Assembly (NCBI GenBank): GCA_963792575.1
Contig: CAWBWZ010000001.1
Coordinates: 125,555 to 189,554, forward strand
Source: an uncultured Acidobacteriota bacterium
Lineage (GTDB): Bacteria; Acidobacteriota; Thermoanaerobaculia; Multivoradales; UBA5704
DNA length: 64,000 bases
Direction: 5' to 3'
Shown: piece by piece, positions 59,121-64,000 of the stretch
How positions within the stretch are numbered: the stretch's first letter is position 1
Layout: each line of letters opens with the position of its first letter
Made by a program: the position numbers and the translations under genes
Notes under the pieces: model-generated
What the model was told of the DNA's origin: nothing
The model's database searches: none
What the model saw: the letters and a program-made list of their open reading frames with translations, nothing else

Positions 59121-59209
59121 CCTCCCCCTCAGGGGGAGGTTAGGAGGGGGCCTCAACGTTCCGGACTCCGGAACGCCCCCTCCTGGCCTCCCCCGGTTCC
59201 CGGGGGAGG
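59121..59209. repeat. three consecutive GC-hairpins built on the same CCTCCCCC/GGGGGAGG arms
   Basis: H1 at 59121..59139 is CCTCCCCCT-ca-GGGGGAGG. H2 pairs 59142..59151 AGGAGGGGGC with 59175..59184 GCCCCCTCCT and encloses GTTCCGGA-ct-CCGGAAC. H3 at 59187..59209 is CCTCCCCCGG-ttc-CCGGGGGAGG. Confidence 0.55.
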
Positions 59210-59332
59210 AAAACAGCTGGCCAGCCGCTCATCGGGGGTGAAGGTGCGACACGGAACGTGTTACGTTCTCGGCAGACAAGGGCGGCGGGCGGACCCGCAG
59301 GCCCGCCATGGCTGGAAGGGAGGTCTATCTTC

Positions 59333-60366
59333 ATGCCCACCGGAATCGGTTTGATGGGATTGGGACGGATCGGGAGGAACATCTTCCGCATCCTTTATAA
59401 GAGCGACGATCTGCGGATCCAGGCGGTGAGCGACGTGGCGGACCCCGCGGCGCTCGCCTATCTGCTCCGCTTCGACACCCTCCTCGGGCGCTTCCCGGAC
59501 GAGGTGAGCATCCAGGACGGCGACCTCCAGGTCGCCGGCCGCCAGGTGAAGATGCTGACCGAGGCCAAGGGATCGCAGGACGTGCCCCCCTGGGGGGACC
59601 TGGGGGTCGACGTGGTCATCGAGGCGACCTCGAAATTCCGCACCCGCGCCGACGTGGAGCGCCACTTCGCGGCGGGGGCCAGGCGGGTGATCCTCTGCTC
59701 GCCGCCCGCCGAGGCGCCGGATCTCACCGTCGTCTTCGGCGTCAACGAGGACCAGCTCCGCCCCGAGCACCGGATCGTCTCCGCCAGCTCGGCGACCGCC
59801 ATCGCGGCCGGGCCGGTGCTCAAGGTGCTCGACGACGCCTTCGGCATCGAGCGGGCGTTCCTCACCACCGTTCACGCCTTCACCAACCAGCAGCGGCTGG
59901 CCGACGTGCCGCACGACGATCCGCGCCGGGGGCGGGCGGCGGGGGAGAACATCATCCCGCAGGAGACCCACGCGGCCGAGCTCCTCGCCGACCTCCTGCC
60001 CGGCCTCAAGGGGAAGATCACCGGCTACTCGATGAACGTGCCGGTCGCCAACGGCTCGGTGGTCGACCTCGTCTGCTGGCATCGGAAGCCGGTCACCGTC
60101 GAGACGGTCAACGAGGCGGTCCGCGCCGCCACCGCGGGGGACCGCCTGAAGGGCGTGCTGGACTACGAGACCGAGCCGATCGTCTCCTCCGACATCCTGC
60201 ACTCGGAGTACTCCGGCACCTACGACAGCCTCGCCACCATGGTGCTCGGCAAGAACGTCTCGAAGACCCTGACCTGGTTCGACAACGGCTGGGGCTACGC
60301 GCACCGGGTCGTGGACCTGCTCCGCCGCTTCGAGCAGCTCGATGGAGCCCAGAAGGGGAAAGCGCA

Positions 60367-60370
<4 letters not shown>
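59333..60370 (+). CDS. GAPDH-like paralog lacking the catalytic cysteine
   Basis: GGAAGGGAGG RBS. Rossmann GLMGLGRIGRN. The canonical [12 protein letters not shown] is replaced by SASSATAIAAGP, TGAAKA by THAAEL, and RVP by NVP. TTVHA is retained. The stop overlaps the start of gap (ATGA). Confidence 0.8.
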
Positions 60371-62552
<2,182 letters not shown>

Positions 62553-62553
62553 G

Positions 62554-62937
62554 CTACGCCCGCACCTCGCTCATCAGCGCCAGCGTGTTCCCCTCGGTAT
62601 CCCGGAAGAACGCCATCCAGAGCTCGTGGTCGGGCATGCGGGCGAGCAGGTGGGGCTCGCCGCGGAGATCGGCGCCGTGGTCGCTCAGCGATTTCCAGGT
62701 GGCCTGGATGTCGTCCACCTTGTAGTAGAGGATGGAGCCGGGGTGGTCGAACTCGGCCTCCTCGGGGAGGCTGAGCATCAGGCGGACGCCGCCGCAGTCG
62801 AAGAAGGCCAATTTGGGCGGAGCCTGGAAGAGGAACTTCATCCCCAGGACGTCGCGATAGAAGGCGACCGCCCGGTCGAGGTCGTGGACGACCACCGAGA
62901 TCTGGCCGATCCGGGAGAGGGAGAGGCCTGGCGCCAT
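62554..62937 (-). CDS. VOC (glyoxalase/bleomycin-resistance/dioxygenase) family protein
   Basis: 127 aa, with IGQISVVVHDLDRAVAFYRDVLGM ... and FFRDTEGNTLALM. Confidence 0.85.
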   Translation of the reverse strand: MAPGLSLSRIGQISVVVHDLDRAVAFYRDVLGMKFLFQAPPKLAFFDCGGVRLMLSLPEEAEFDHPGSILYYKVDDIQATWKSLSDHGADLRGEPHLLARMPDHELWMAFFRDTEGNTLALMSEVRA

Positions 62938-62950
62938 CAGGCCCTCAGTC

Positions 62951-63496
62951 TCAGCAGACCTTGTCCGCGGTGCAGGCGGTGGTCAGCGCGCTGGAGACCG
63001 CCTGGCTCAGCAGGGCGGAGGTGCTCATCGGAGCCCAGCCCCTCATCACATAAGCGATCCGCCCCTCGGCGTTGATCACCACGTAGCTGGGCAGGTTGTT
63101 GACTCCGAAGACGCCGCCGATCACCAGCCCCTTGGCGTCCCAGGCCTGTATCCAGCTCATGCCGTTCGCGTGGACGAACTCCTCGAGCGCCTTGCGGTTC
63201 TCGTCCGCGCTGACGCTGATCAGCACCAGCGGCTTGCCGGTATTCTTCTGCAGCAGCTCCTTGAGCTCCGGCAGCGCCTTGCGGCACGGCCCGCACCAGG
63301 TGGCCCAGAAGTCGAGCACCACGACCTTCCCCTTGAGGCTGGCGCTGCTGACCGTCTTGCCGTCCAGGGTCTGGAGGTTGAAGGCGGGAGTGGGGTCCCC
63401 GACCTTGAGAGGCGCGGCGCTCGCGGCGAGGCCGGACGCCAGCAGGCCGAGGAGAGCTACCCCCAATCGAACTTTGATTCCTGCGCTCCGCGTCAT
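62951..63496 (-). CDS. TlpA-like periplasmic thiol-disulfide oxidoreductase
   Basis: AAAGGAG RBS, a signal peptide, and [21 protein letters not shown]. Confidence 0.88.
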   Translation of the reverse strand: MTRSAGIKVRLGVALLGLLASGLAASAAPLKVGDPTPAFNLQTLDGKTVSSASLKGKVVVLDFWATWCGPCRKALPELKELLQKNTGKPLVLISVSADENRKALEEFVHANGMSWIQAWDAKGLVIGGVFGVNNLPSYVVINAEGRIAYVMRGWAPMSTSALLSQAVSSALTTACTADKVC

Positions 63497-63533
63497 TCCA
63501 ATCTCCTTTCCTGACGATTGTATCGCAGGCGGG

Positions 63534-63983
63534 TCAGCCGAGCCGCCGCTCCAGCCTCCGGCGGGCCGTGGGGGAGGGCGCCGCGGCGAGCAGGGTCTCC
63601 CGGTCCTGGGGATTGAGGGCACGGCGATTTTCAGCCAGGGTGCCCAGACACCAGAGGCGATCGCGCTCCGATCCCAGAATCTCGACGAGCCCGAGCGCGT
63701 CGCCGAGCGCGGCCGGAGCGCCGGTCCGCAGCAGCTCGACGAGGGCCCGGCGGCGGGCCCAGCCGTCGGGGAAGGCTTCGACGACAGAGCGCAGACCGTC
63801 CGCCGGCAATCCTTTCGCGTCCTTCAGATGATGCCGGAGGACGTGGAACCGGGCGGTGAGCGACGAAGCCTCGGCCAGCTTCCCCGCGAGGCCGTTATCC
63901 TCCACTCTCTCCACCCTCCGCGCGGGAGGCGCCGGCGGCGGGGGCTTCGGAGGCGGCGGAGGCTCCACAACCGGGGAAGCCAC
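63534..63983 (-). CDS. hypothetical Pro-rich protein (5-prime end may lie beyond the window)
   Basis: The frame is open to the window edge. N-terminal [13 protein letters not shown]. No motif recognised. Confidence 0.35.
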   Translation of the reverse strand: MASPVVEPPPPPKPPPPAPPARRVERVEDNGLAGKLAEASSLTARFHVLRHHLKDAKGLPADGLRSVVEAFPDGWARRRALVELLRTGAPAALGDALGLVEILGSERDRLWCLGTLAENRRALNPQDRETLLAAAPSPTARRRLERRLG

Positions 63984-64000
63984 GGCCGGTGGCGGAGGTG

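Overview
This is a visibly GC-rich chromosomal segment from a diderm bacterium. Evidence for a diderm: an outer-membrane barrel ending in Phe, several lipoprotein signal peptides, and an IPTL/PEP-CTERM-like sorting motif. The taxon cannot be assigned from sequence alone. All functional calls come from motifs recognised by eye in the ORF track. No database search was possible. Non-ORF coordinates were anchored by codon counting from track ORFs and may be off by 1-2 nt.

About 60 genes, left to right:
- a MITE-like inverted repeat and a solitary MmeI-like type IIG restriction-modification gene
- hrpB, then TA modules (three PIN genes in the window)
- housekeeping genes: SDRs, nth, NUDIX, algH-like, acnA (one frameshift), epimerase, DUF72, PBP1A with an odd C-terminal extension, GH13 amylase, msrA
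- an arsenic module (arsM, Cys-rich MarR-type regulator, arsC) with a shared palindromic operator
- small Cys-rich peptide genes
- a compact divergent glycan-modification cluster: GT8-like, GT-C-like membrane protein, GT8-sulfotransferase fusion, pyruvyl-transferase/PhyH-dioxygenase fusion
- an orphan lower-GC gene behind a sigma-54-type promoter
- a large beta-propeller/cytochrome c protein with an internal IPTL-CTERM-like signal
- phzF-like and qor

The most unusual region is 43.6-47.3 kb. Four diverged copies of the qor 3-prime end cut a lower-GC island into three small cassettes. The distal cassette encodes a small 3-TM protein plus a TIR-domain protein with a caspase/CHAT-like His-Cys C-terminal domain. 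I consider this the best candidate for an undescribed conflict/defence module.

Downstream lies an alpha-glucan utilisation locus: two glucodextranase-C-like proteins, an outer-membrane barrel, MalEFGK-like transporter and a GH13 lipoprotein. It is followed by a GAPDH-like paralog lacking the catalytic Cys, then gap, pfk, and VOC and TlpA-like genes. The stretch 47.7-62.5 kb carries at least ~25 frameshifts, against one in the preceding 47 kb. This is either local consensus error or pseudogenisation.
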